This document shows, piece after piece, positions 25,601 to 39,100 of a stretch of 64,000 nucleotides of DNA. Numbering within the stretch: position 1 is the first letter of the stretch; every line of letters starts with the position of its first letter. The DNA lies in the NCBI GenBank assembly GCA_053919585.1, contig CM132803.1. One strand, written 5' to 3'. Below the pieces are notes generated by a model. It was not told where the DNA came from. It worked only from the letters and a program-made list of their open reading frames with translations, and did not search any database. This DNA is from Euprymna scolopes. Taxonomy: Eukaryota. The position numbers and the translations under genes are program-made.

Positions 25601-28418
25601 AAACCACTTAGATTTCCATATTACTAAATGTAAAGATTTATTAGCAAATAAAATGAAACATATTGTAGTATTGCATTTGTATGTACATGAAGAGAGATTA
25701 ATAGATGAATATTATTTTTTATTAGCAAGGAGTGCCGGCGTTGCCCGATCATAAAATATACTTAAATATTATATTTTAACTTATGCGGATCTTATATTTC
25801 TTATTATAGAATCAATTCTCTATTGATTATTACATATTATGTTGTACTCAATATTTTAAAAGTAAAAAACAAAAAATATGACTTATAGCCATCAGCTAGA
25901 ATTGAAACCAAAACTTATAGCACTCCAGCATGAGTTGTTACCACTTGAGCTATCATCAATTAGATAAAATATAGCTAAAAATGAACTAACATTAACGTAT
26001 AAATGTATATATATTTGCACATGCGTGCAATAAAAGTAGACTTATGCATGTCAAGTGCCAATTTCCTTTAGTTTTGATCCTTTAGCAGCTATTTTTACCA
26101 GCTAAAGACCTATAAAAAATGGTTCGTGCAATCATTTGACCCGACTCTTGCCACTTTGTGACCTTTCATCTTGGAAAAGATGCAGGTTGAAAATATGGAG
26201 ACAGACATACAGACAGAGCTAGTGAATTTTATAAATGAGATTTGTCCTGTCAATATAGCCAAAATGCTGCCTCTGTGCATGTAGAAGTTTGTAAATTGGA
26301 CATGTTAATGATGTTTTTCTTATTCTCATGTATCATTTTTTTTTTTTTTTCAATAATTAATTTTACACAAGTTTTTTTAAATTTTTTTTTTTTATTAAAG
26401 TACAAAAACAAGATAAATACAATAAAGTAAACAAAAAGAATTAAAAAACTTACTCAATGAATTAGGATGACATTTTCTATTTACCAATTCTAAAGAATGA
26501 AATGATTTCATTTGATAATTGTTGATTATCCAATGAAAATTAGTGCTGAATCTCTGGAAATGTATGTTACTAAAAGAACTATTGGGCTAATTAGAATATG
26601 AAATCAATGAAATTTATTTGAATTAAGATATTTGTTTTGCACAGACTGGGACTTTCTGTAGTAAGAGTTAACTATTGATTTGACAGATGCAATGATATTG
26701 ATGTTAAATGCCGAAAAATATATTTGCTTAATTTAATATATTGGATTTTTTATTTCATTTATTTTCAGAAATCACTTTCTTTAAAATTAATAAAGCAATA
26801 TTTTTTATTTGTATATTTCTTCTTATATAAAAATCTAAAAAAATTATATATGCTAGCGACACCTATTGGGAATATAAGATCGGCAAGGAGGCAGACAATC
26901 GACTTTCCACACACGAAGAATTTTACGTAAATTGAACACCCACACGTTGACGCTCCTCCAACAAAAATTCGGCAAATGTGTATTTCAGCGGCGTAAATTT
27001 AAGTTTTACACTAGTGGTGGCCATAAAGTGGGTGATCATTATACGTTAAATTATTATAGAAAAGTGATACCCCACTTTCTTTAAACTAACATTTCTTCAT
27101 ATCTTGGAAACTACTCGTTTGCTGGAATTTTAAACGTTATTTTCGTTTTTAACATCCTCAAAAACTTATAAATGTCTTAATTTTCCAAGTTTTTTTTCTA
27201 TAGTGTGTAAAGTCGATTGTCTGCCCCCTTGCCGATCTTATATTCCCAACAGGTGTCGCTAGCAGTATATCATTCAAAAACAAGACAAGATGGTGGGAAG
27301 TTTTTCTTCGATAAAATGTCTATAATATTTGATTTTCTTAAATAAAAACAAACTACTTGATCGATTTACGTGATTTTTGGAATATGACATTTTCATGCAG
27401 TGACAAGTACGTACATTATAAAGATTTTTTTCAGATTTTTATAGTAAAAAAGATTACTAGTGGACCATTTATAGCCTTGCACCATAAATCCTACTATTTT
27501 TTAAAAAGTAGTTAGTTGTGTTTATCAACATGTGTTAGACCAAATAGAGTCAATTAAAATTTTGAATAAAACATTAGTGTTTCATTTCATATCTGTTTGT
27601 GTACTTTGCTCTATTCAAAGGAAATCCGAGGGGCAGCTGGTGGTAAGAGACATGAAGAAAGAAACCACATGGCTTCTACTTATCATCCTGACATGGGACC
27701 TTCCCACTCAGATCAAGAAGATCCGTATGCTGAAAGATATGCTAACCATTGTCCAAATGTACCTGGTAAGTTGAAGATTTCATTTTTTATTAATTAAGCT
27801 TTAAAATTAAATTTTATACTGTGAATATTATTTGCATTAAAAGACGAATATTAAAAGTGATTTCATAAAATTTTATCTTTTCAGGCATTTCAGCATCTGA
27901 AACATCTGATTATTTTGATTATGAAAATTAAAAAGAAAAACATGAATATTTATTATTTTCATATCATAATAGTTAAATGTCTTTTTCAAACATGTTCTCC
28001 TTGATTCATTTCAGCATCTGAAACATCAGATTATTATGAACCACATTCAGCAGAGAATATTCACGAGGAATACACAGATATGAAACCTTCGTTACAAACA
28101 TTCATGTCTCCTGGAGATACAAGGACTCTTCCAAGACGGATGTATAAGGCAGATGCTGACCTTAACTCGGACTATAGGCAGTGGGGTAGTCTGAAGAAGA
28201 ATGCAGCAGATAGATGCACATCTGAAATGCAGTTGCATTTGCACAATGTTGATGCAGACAATGTTACATGTGAGCCTCAACAAGAACAAACACAATCAGA
28301 AGTAGAAACTATACAAGATGACAAAGAAAAAGAGATAGAAAATATTGAGAATAGAGAAAACCTTCAACAAGATTCTCCACCAAACACTCCAACATCAATG
28401 CATTCAATACAAACATAA
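22676..28418 (+). CDS. Pcdh: Protocadherin Pcdh-2, join(22676..25123,27621..27765,28015..28418), about 998 aa
   Basis: Same domain and exon structure as Pcdh-1 and its closest paralog; acceptor tcag|22655; frame-preserving GT/AG junctions. Confidence 0.93.
25722..26241 (-). mobile_element. Helitron-like element with an embedded tRNA-derived segment (25888-25954)
   Basis: Left end ttagc...gccggcgttgcccg (degenerate CTAG plus hairpin); right end gacagacatacagacag...ataaatgaga|t. The minus strand carries A-box TAGCTCAAGTGG and B-box-like GGTTTCAATTC. Confidence 0.55.
26851..27265. mobile_element. MITE with ~60-bp near-perfect terminal inverted repeats in intron 2 of Pcdh-2
   Basis: tgctagcgacacctattgggaatataagatcggcaagg...gcagacaatcgacttt versus aaagtcgattgtctgcc...ccttgccgatcttatattcccaacaggtgtcgctagca; TA-rich flanks. 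Confidence 0.9.
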
Positions 28419-28902
28419 AATTACAATCAATTATTTGATACTTTTCATTTCTTAACACTATTTTATATACAATTTTCAAATGGGATTTAACAGTTATAAA
28501 AATATTTATACCAGATCATAAAATAATCAATTATTTAAATTAATAATCATTTAATCCTCATATTACATATCTAAACGTGATTAGACATTTGGCCTCACTC
28601 TAAAAAGAAAAGCTGATATAACATTATATAACATTGCTTTAAATATTTCTCATTACTTATATTTCATGAAATATTACTTCATAGAAATAAGAATCTACTT
28701 TCGCTCTTTAAATAAATCCAGATGAGTTTAACTGTGTTGAACTTATCACACCATAGTATTATCAGTTATTTCTCTATAAAATTTGAATGAAAAGTCATTT
28801 ATTATTTTATTTAAGAAAGAAAGTATTTAGAATCACATCTCAAAAAATGAGCTTTTTTTTCACGTAATGGGAGAAAAGTATTTAAATACAAACAAATCTG
28901 TT

Positions 28903-28903
28903 A

Positions 28904-28936
<33 letters not shown>

Positions 28937-28953
28937 GAGAGAGAGAGAGAGAG
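28903..28953. repeat. (GT)n(GA)n microsatellite
   Basis: Directly visible. Confidence 0.9.
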
Positions 28954-30571
28954 AAAATATGATTTTAATTTGTTTTATTCTTACATGCAAATAAATATTT
29001 GAAAACTGAAAAATATCAAACAGGATTTAATTCTTTCTTTGGAAAAAAAATTGATAATTTTGAAAGTACATATATTCTGAATTATGAATGATTATTTAAT
29101 AATAAAATATTTGACAAGCACGATAATTGTAAAAGTCAAAAAGAAAACCAAACTCTCACACACTGCATGTTATACCTGAAGGTTATTTTTGCCATGTGTT
29201 CCCTTAATCAAAATTTTCATATTTTAGATTATCTTCTCAGTCTTGTGTACTAGAGTTAATTTTTTTACAACACTTTTTTTCATATATAAAGTAATAATTA
29301 TCATATTTTAAAATTCAATATATCAAAATAGTTCTTGGGAGATGACAACTGAAACAAAACATAATATGACTGATTAAGATGAGAACTAATTTTTTCTATA
29401 TTTCTTATAAGCACAATAAGTTTGTCAGATTTTTTTTTTAATTATGAAAAACTGATATGAAAATTTAAAATTCAGTTAAAAAAAATGAAATTTTTTTTTT
29501 ATTTCTACTCAATAGCTTTACAAATACAATTTCTTCATTATTTTAGTTAATGATTCAACATTATAGATAGAAACATAAAATTATTCCCTTTCTATAAAGA
29601 ATCTTAAAAAAAAAATTAAATATACATTTCTAAAATGCTATTCCAGGAATATTAATATTTAATTAATGAATATACGATTTACATTTTGCATAAGTATTTC
29701 TGAAATATTTGCTAACATTAAGTATGAATAGACAAAAAACTGAAAGAAATTCAACTTAGTGAATATATTACTGAATTTAAAAAGTAAAATAATATAATCA
29801 GTTTTTTTCTAAAATAATTATAAACATATATCTCATGAAAATTAATAAAAAAAACAAAAACTGTACATTTTTTAAAATGAAATATGGAATAAAAACAATT
29901 ACAAGAAATTCATGAAACCAAACAAAAATAATAAAACTACTTTCAAATCTATAAATCTGTATTTCTAAATTTTGTTATTGTTATATGTTCAAAATGGATC
30001 TGCATATAAAGATGCACAACACATATTTAAATTTGTTTTTAAAGATACTTGATTTGTAGTGAAATTTCACATTCATATTAAAAAAATGATATACATTATT
30101 CTAATTAAGATTTGAAAAATTACAGAAAATTCCTTTAAAGATTCATTACTTTAGTTTATGGTATTTTTCTAATGCAATAGTGTACCCCCCCCCCCCGAGC
30201 TTTTACATATACAAAAATATGAACAAAATAAAATGGCAGAAATTTCATAAAATTAAAAAGGAATTTCATTAATTTATAAATAAGTCCAGAAGTTTTATCT
30301 AAATTTAAAAGTTATTTGAGTTTTTTGAAAGGTTTAATTGAATGAGTCTTTTTTTCTGTCAAATTACTTAAAAATTTTGTATGCTTTATAAATAGAATAT
30401 CTTTGTTTTTTGTAAATATGTTATAAACAAAGTGTTTTAAATAAATTGTATCTAGTTTTATGAATATAAAACAATTTCCTTAATAATGATACAAAGATTT
30501 TGATCTTCAAAGTAATTTTTATTTATTTTCTTAGCTAATTCATTAAGCTGCTTAGGTAGAATAGAAACAAT

Positions 30572-30848
30572 AAAATATTTGCCTTCATCCAGATAATTTT
30601 TCTGCTTTGTTAGAGTCACTGCCATGATGCACAGAGAAGACTTGATAGGACTGTGGCTTTCTTTCTCTTTCACATATGAACACTCTCCCACATCCACACA
30701 TAAACGCACACATGTACACATGCAAGTGCCCAAAAGGAGGCTAACATTGTGTTCAGACAATAACAGCAGTAGCAGCAGAGCTGTACACCAGGATACAAAT
30801 GAATCTTGTCTCGTCATACATTTCTGCTTCATCAATACAATATTGCAG
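30572..30848 (+). promoter_or_regulatory. Putative promoter and non-coding exon 1 of Pcdh-3 (donor after 30848)
   Basis: Paralog of 1241-1554; ends CAATATTGCAG|GTTAGT. Confidence 0.75.
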
Positions 30849-32329
30849 GTTAGTTAGGCCATTTTTATAACTTTCTTTTTTCATTTTATCAATCTTTTAT
30901 GTTTATTCATGTTTGTTTTGTGGTAGATAAACAACAATTAAATACAGTAAGGCATTTTTATTTACAAATTCAATCAGTTTTCTTGCAGACAACATTCTAA
31001 CTTTGATATTTTCCACAATTTAATCAATTCACTATTTTTCAATTCATTCGTACATGTCTGACTCATGTATTTAGTATGTTCATATGAAATGTTGTATAAA
31101 GGTTTTTTTTTTTTTTTTATTTGTTTAGACCAATTAAAAAACAATGATAAACTGGAAGGAAATTTATTTCAAATTCAACTACATGCTTTTCTTTCTTTTT
31201 TGAGAACACACAGCATTTGGTTTTGTTAAGGACACCATGTAGAAACTAAAATGTCTTGTTATAGATTATAATAATTTGGTTCATTAGTCTTAATCCCTGA
31301 GTAGATTTGACACCATTGCATTAAAATATTTCATCATCTCAAAGAAATACATCACATGTTATCTTTTTTTATTCCAAATTTTATCTTTTCATAAAAATTT
31401 GAATGAATTAAGAATTTATATAAATTGAATTTAGCTTTATTATTAACAAGATCTGCATAGTCAATATTGTTATAAACTTAATGAAGGACCTATTTTATCT
31501 GTCTCTATTTCGTTAAATATTATAAAACAAGCTGGAAAAAGAATCTGAGGACACTGAAACTGTTTACATGGTTTGCAGTGATGAAAACACTGAATTTAAG
31601 TTACTATAAATATTTTGTTCTCTAATTATAAATGTTATAAATATGTAGTATGATTCGACCCCTTGGTGTCTGGGGTCTTTTAGTTGACCCTCTAAATCTT
31701 TAAAATAATGTCCAAATGTAGTATAGCACAGTGGAATGGTTCACCTATGGTGGATTTTATTTTGTAATTAATTTTTTAAAATAAGATTTTTAAAAAGTCA
31801 TTAGGGAATTGGAACTCAAAATTAGGTATGGTAGGAGTGCTAATTAATTAGCCTTTAAAACTTTCAATATTTTAATACACGAGAACTTCTTAAGAATTTT
31901 AAAGCCAGTTTAAATGCTTTCACTTTGAGAGATTATAAAGTTATACATATTTACATTATTAAATGTTTTCCTTGGCTATGGTGGTGTGTGTTGTGTATTT
32001 TTGCATGGAGGAGAGGTTTTGATAACATACAATTTAGAATAGGATTGCAATCCAATGCCACGGAAGTAAAGAAGTTTAAAAGAATTTTTAACAACAAATT
32101 CTAAGTATTTATTTATTAAATAAAATAGTATTCATGAGCAGAAATATGTTTTACATTAAAAGCAAAATTTGAAATAAAAACAAAAAAAGGATAGTTAATT
32201 AATGAAACATCCTTTTGCAAATCAATATGAAAATTAGTTAATCTTAAGACATATACCTAACCAGTATATCAAAAAGATAGGTTGCTCCTGTTGTGCGAAT
32301 TTGAAAAGAGCACTGTAATCACACTGTTA

Positions 32330-32826
32330 NNNNNNNNNNNNNNNNNNNNNNNNNNNNNNNNNNNNNNNNNNNNNNNNNNNNNNNNNNNNNNNNNNNNNNN
32401 NNNNNNNNNNNNNNNNNNNNNNNNNNNNNNNNNNNNNNNNNNNNNNNNNNNNNNNNNNNNNNCATCACACTTCGAATGACAATAAAATCTTTATTTATGA
32501 ATATAAAGTGAAATGGAATGGTTTCAAATACAGAAGACAAATATGATTGAAGAATCATGTTCACAAATGTTCAAATTGATGATCATTATTGTTCAACAAT
32601 GCTGATAACAGTTAAAGTGTGAGCACATTTTTTGAGACATCCTTAATATATGAATGAAGATTTTTATTATATTATTCTATAATTTACACCCAANNNNNNN
32701 NNNNNNNNNNNNNNNNNNNNNNNNNNNNNNNNNNNNNNNNNNNNNNNNNNNNNNNNNNNNNNNNNNNNNNNNNNNNNNNNNNNNNNNNNNNNNNNNNNNN
32801 NNNNNNNNNNNNNNNNNNNNNNNNNN
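32330..32826. other. Two assembly gaps of 133 N each (32330-32462, 32694-32826) in intron 1 of Pcdh-3
   Basis: N runs. Confidence 0.99.
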
Positions 32827-33829
32827 TTATCTTTAGAATCCTTAGATCGAAAACAGAAAAAGTAAGTTTCATCATACAGCGAAAATAAGATTAAAAAACA
32901 ACAGGATAAAAACCATGTTCATCACTTACTCTACAAGAAGATACAGTTATGGCCATTAAGGATGTTCAAAAGATAAAAAATCCAGAATATAATTTGTAAA
33001 ACAATCCCAAAAATCAAAGAACGTAAATCCTTCCATCTCCGAGTCAATTTTTAATAATCAAAAATATACATCATTAAAAAAAAAAAGGCCAAACTAAAAT
33101 GTATAGCATTTGGTTAAAAAAGAAAAGTTGTATCTGGCATTTTGCTAACCAGAAACAAAAGCCATACAGCGGTACATTTTTATTTAAATACAAAACATTG
33201 TAAAATATCCAAAGTTTATGATATTTCAATTGAGAAAAGGGCTATTATCTGGAAGGTCGCATTTCAAAATTTTCAATTGTTTTAGCATACCAATTGAACA
33301 CCAAATCCCTGGATTCATACATGGTTATCTTCCCTGACATTTATATTTCCCCTTTATTGAGCCTTATATCTTCCTTGTTGATATAGATATCTATATGTAA
33401 ATGTATCTGATTCCATTGCATGGTGATGTGACCAAAAAAGCCATGAGGAAATGGAAGTGAACATACAGAAGAAAAGCCCTACCACTCGTCAGTTTCTTGT
33501 TTTTATTCAACAACTTACTGTTGTAACAATATGCAATGCAATTAACATATTCAAGCTTTTATATCTAAAATAGCCCTTTAAAAAATTCTTATGAAGAAGC
33601 TTGTAGTGTATATCTTTATAAAAACAACTTTAGCCATGCCTTCTTTTTAGTCTTGAGAGACAATGGACATTCCTTGTAAGTATACCTATGCAGGGAGTCT
33701 ATAATGATGCAAGCAATACTCAACATCTCTTCTGAACTGATTCCAGTAGCAAGAAGTCTAGGACAACTGAAAACAATTCTGGAGTAAGCAGAGAAAAACT
33801 GATGTTACTTTGGAGTTTTCAAAGCAAAG

Positions 33830-33985
33830 CTTGTTTATCTAGTCTATTTTAACTCATAGATGGATAGAGGATATATAGATTCATAGCTTTCCAAAGGGCA
33901 TTAGTGAAAATGATGCAGTTGTTCTGACAGAACTCAAACCCAGCACATCAAGTCCACAGGCCACATCTGTAACCACTACACTATG
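33830..33985 (-). mobile_element. tRNA-derived SINE fragment
   Basis: Minus strand atagtgtagtggttacag...gggtttgagttc (A/B boxes), followed by a body containing cactaatgccctttggaaagctatgaatc. Confidence 0.6.
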
Positions 33986-36106
33986 CCATTTCTTGGATAT
34001 GACGATCATAACTACTAAAAACTGATAATGTTTTAAAAATCTATACCATGAACATTTGTATTATCTATTAATGTCAGAAAATATTTGATAGTGCCTTTTT
34101 TAAGAGTCTATACTTAATTTGTTTATTTGTGACAGTTGTACTCTGATTATACTGAAACTAACCTGCAAGTGTGCAGGGCAAGGGCATTTCTGTCGGGTTA
34201 CCTTAGCCTTCTCCTTTAGCTCTCCCTAGCCATACCTGAAAGCAGCATGGAGGTTTCTGTTAGGAATACCTAAATCTTACCTTTTAACTATCCCTCAAAT
34301 GCAGCAGACAAAAACAGTAATGTGTTTATTTTGGTGTAGTCATGGACTGAACTTAAAAGCAGTTGGGAATTGAGTAATAAAAGAAAACTATTAAAAATGT
34401 TATTTTACTATAATTATAATTTTAGTAATATTACTATCAGAGTGACATATATAAAATGTCAGTCTTAAGATCAGGAGTTAATACTGTTTTACAGAGATTT
34501 CTTATATATTTACATGATTTATTTTGTAAAGTGTTGTATATTGAAGGGTTAGTTTAATACTGTTGGAATAAGGAGGAGTACTAGTGTTGGGTCAAAGGAT
34601 GGCACTTCATATAATATATCTGACATATTACTGTGTAGTAATCAATGAAATTTTTTAATGCAAATTATTTAATTAGAAAGTTGATTTCTTTTATAGGCTG
34701 TTTCAATCACATTTTAATAACATTGATTGTTCAAGATTATAACATCAGAAGTATCAAAATAGACAAACATTTAGAAATTGTAACACAAAAAAAAAAAAGA
34801 TAAAAACAAATTAAAATATTTTCTGCCCCAAAATTGAATTAAATTTTCACTTTTCCCTGATTAGCAAAACATATTTTTTTTGACTGACAAATTTCCAACA
34901 ACACCTAAAAAGTAGAATAATTTTGAAAGCACAAAATTGACAACCAAATTTTGCAACAAATAATGCAGATGTTCTTTTAAAAGCTTGAATATGTTCTCTC
35001 AGGGCAAAACTTAAAAAAAAAATAGTATATTCTTAACTCCATACAAAAATAATTTTATGATTTTATTGTTTTTAATATTGAAGGAGAAAGGGAAGGGTTA
35101 GTTAAAACATTTTTTAAAATTATATGAAAAGAATTTATAGCACATTTTTTGTAGCTTAAAATAATTAAAAAAAAACTCAATGTTATTCCTTGACAAAATA
35201 AGAAAATTTAAATATGATCAAGTTTTGCTTGTTTTCATTATATGCATTAATACTAAATGCAGCATATAGACATTTGCTGCTGACAACATTGTAATTAACT
35301 TTTACTTCTGATAAAAAAAAAAAAAAATGGTTTCCCCTCCAAAAAATATTCCAAACATCATAATAAAATTTTTTAAACAAATTATCTCAAAGTACATTTT
35401 AGTATTCTGAAGAACATGGTGCCACAAAACACATAAAGAAATGATGATTCAGAATGAAATATAATTAGTTTTTTTTTTATATACTATAGTTACAGCTTAT
35501 CAAGACCAAGAGGCCACTTAAGAATAAGGGTTAATAAGTATCAGGTGAGACAACTGTAATGATTGGTGATAGCGGAAATTGGGTGGAAATTGATTATTGA
35601 AGAGAATGGCTCAACAAGAAATATGTTTATGTTGACCTTGAAAACGACTATGTTGTAGTCAGCAAGAAAGCAGCCCCATGATATTGTGCTCTACAGACAG
35701 GCAGTTCTAGGAAATAAACTTTACCCTTGAAATTTTTGTTTAGTTTTAGATACAGTGTAATACAATTTAAGTTTTACTTTGAGAATCTGTCTGACTTTTC
35801 AAATAATATAAAAATCTAACGACTTATGTTATGAATGATTATTTTGTTTTATAGCATTTTTGGTTTATTTAATATTTGGGTTATTTTGACTCCATTTATT
35901 TTGATTAAAGGTTATTATGCTTAAGTTTCTTAATATTTCCAAATATTTAATAGATTCTAGTTTGTATACGATTATGTTAAGAAAGAAACTACTTAAGTGC
36001 AACTGCACAGTGCATCGATTCAAAGATATGCAATAAATTGAATGAGAAATAGCTAATACAAAGTCTTTTTTTAAAAACAAATAATCATATCTTTTCAGAA
36101 ACCCTA

Positions 36107-39100
36107 ATGCAACATCAGATAATGCCAATAATTGTATGCATATTCCTGCTGGTCTTACAACTTTGCCAAGGTGCAGATCTGACATACAATGTTGATGAAG
36201 GTAAGAGTCCAGGTACTTACCTGGGTGACATTGCAGCTGACTCCCACATCATGGATGATGTCCCTTTGGAAAACAGGCGTTTGATCACTTTCAACCAACT
36301 GCGACAGGAAATGGCAGGCACTTCTCAGTTATTTCATGTCTCCGAGAAGAAAGGAAAACTTTTTACTGCTCAGACTCTGGATGCTGAATCAATGTGTAAA
36401 TGGAATACAGAATGCTTCCAAATGGTGGATGTTGCTGTACGACAAGGAAAGACATTCATGAAGATTATAAAAATTAAAATAATTATAAATGACATTAACG
36501 ATAATGCACCAAAATTTCCAGAGAAACAAATTAACATGCACATCTCTGAAGGCGTCAGAGAAGGTTTCAAAAAAACGGTTCCAGTTGCAAAAGACAAAGA
36601 TGTTAGTGTAATTAATTCGCAGATAACTTATGAACTGAAAAAGACAAAAAATGAACCGTTCTCTTTGTCAATAGATAAAACCCCATTTGGCCCAACACAA
36701 TTAGATTTATTTGTTGATGGTAAACTTGACAGAGAAAAGAAAGATTCGTACATGCTCCAAATAATTGCAAAAGACAATGGATCTATACCTAAACAAAGCA
36801 TTTTAAATATTCATATCATAATAACAGATTTGAATGACAATCCTCCAAGATTTACAAAAAGTATTTATAATGTTTCGATAAAAAATGAAGATTATAAAGA
36901 GAAGGCAATTGTTACTGTGTCCGCTATCGATTTGGATGAAGGAGAAAATGGAAAAGTTTTCTATCATTTTAGTTCACAAACATCAATTGATGACAAAAAC
37001 AAGTTTGAACTTAATGAAAAAACAGGAGAAATATTTTTAAAACAGAAATTACTGTCAGTCCAGAACATTTATAAATTGTATGTAATGGCAACTGACAGTG
37101 GACATTCACCATTAAGTGGATTTGCAGGAGTGTTAGTAAATATTATAAACACTGAAAACAGATCGCCAAATATTTTTGTCACTTTTATGTCTGATTCAAC
37201 AGATAACACAGCTACTATACTTGAAGACATTGAAATTGGTAGTTTTATTGCTTATGTTAAAGTAACTGACCCTGATGCTGGACAAAATGGACAGGTTAAC
37301 TGTGAGTTGCACCATGATAAATTTCGTTTACAAAAACTAAGATCCAAAGAATACAAAGTGACATTGAAACACAAAGTTGACAGAGAAATGCAAGAGCACC
37401 ATGATGTTACAATCAGCTGCAAAGATGAAGGATCTCCTCCACAACACAGTGATAGCAAGTTCTCCATCAAAGTCAAAGATGTCAATGATGTAAGACCACA
37501 ATTTACAAAAGATACATTTAAATTCTCTGTGTTTGAGAATGAAAGTCCAAAGACGTCAGTTGGTTCTATCAATGCCACTGATCCTGATCTGGGAGCTGGC
37601 AGTAGACTCACATATTCTTTGCTTACGAAAAATGAAGACTTCCTACCTTTCAAGATAACCAGTGATGGCTTGATTTCAACAATCATGTCTCTTGACCATG
37701 AGTTCAAAGACATTTATAAATTCAACGTTTTAGTGAAAGATAATGGAAACCCTCCACTTGATAATAGCGTCAATGTCATTGTGCAGATTGAAGATAAAAA
37801 TGATAATGCTCCATATTTTACCTTTCCCAGTGTGAATCCTTTCAATCTCGATGTCAAATATCATCCACATCATACAAAGAACATCACTCTTCTCAAGGCT
37901 GCCGACAGTGACAGTCAAGAGAATGCATTTCTCAAATATGAAATAACTGCAGGCAACGATAAACAGTTGTTTGCCATCAATCATTATACTGGATTGTTGT
38001 CTTTCACTCGCTTACTTGGCCATCAAGATGCTGGCTCCTATCACCTGCAGTTTATGGTCAAGGATAGTGGTAGTCCAGTTTTATCTGCAAAGACATCAGT
38101 CTTTTTGACATTGACAGTTAGTAACAATACCGCAGATATCTTAAATGCTGCCTATACGCACACCGATATCAAGATCCACCAGTATTTACTCATTGTCATT
38201 GTGTTGGTTGCAGTCACCGTTGCTATACCAATTACTGCTGCAATTTCCATCTGCATCCTTCGTTGCATTGATACCAGAAGTGTTGCACAAGCACATCCAT
38301 TGGCTGACTCTTCCAGCAAATATTATCCCGAACAGGCACATGCAATGCATCCGTCTTACCAGACTACTTATTGGTCTGGTGTGTCTGTTGCTGTGCGAGC
38401 AGAACAAGATGTGCTTTGTAGAACTCTACCGGGAAGAGGCAGAAGGCCACAACATCGTGCAGATGTCACAAATGATGGACGGAGAAGTTCAGCCCTGGGA
38501 ATTAAAGTGCAGACGGCTACTGAGGTTATCTATGAGGTAGGTGTCTTTCTAGTTAATTTGAAATAACATTTCATGAGGTAACTACAATTTCCAGACTTTT
38601 TTCATATGAGCACTTTTATTGATAGTACACACATGAAACTCTAGTCTCCTTCGAAGTAATCTCCTCCAGCTGTAATGCACTTGTACTGTTCCAACAATTT
38701 CTGGAAGACCCCACTGAAATTTTCTTGTGTGCGCGTGTCAATGATCCTCGTCACAGCCTTTTTCATCTCCTCAATTGTCTCATAATAACAGCCTCTAAGG
38801 TTTTCTTTGAGCTTAGAGAAGAACCAAAAGTCACAGGGAGTAAAGTTTAAAGTATATGGAGGGCGAGGAACTGTCTTCATGTCCATCTTGGTCAAATAGT
38901 CCGTGATAAGGATGTAGTTGTAGACTATAGATTTGGGACAAACTTCACACAGATCCTCCGCATGATTGTGTGTACAGTTCCTGACACTGACATCAAACTG
39001 TGCACTTAATGTCTCTAGACACATGACGGTCCATATAGATGAAATTCTTTATTTGGCCAATCAACTCTGGTGTTCTGACTTCCTTACTCCTCACACATCT

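Noticed and set aside
30624-30857. Conserved 'MMHRxDLIG' micropeptide in the upstream cassette
   Set aside because: The frame closes after ~10 codons in P1, P2 and P6 and differs at the donor in the others, so conservation is at the DNA level.
33920-33985. Functional tRNA genes at the A/B-box segments
   Set aside because: Stems are degenerate and the segments are embedded in repeat bodies, so they are SINE- or TE-derived.
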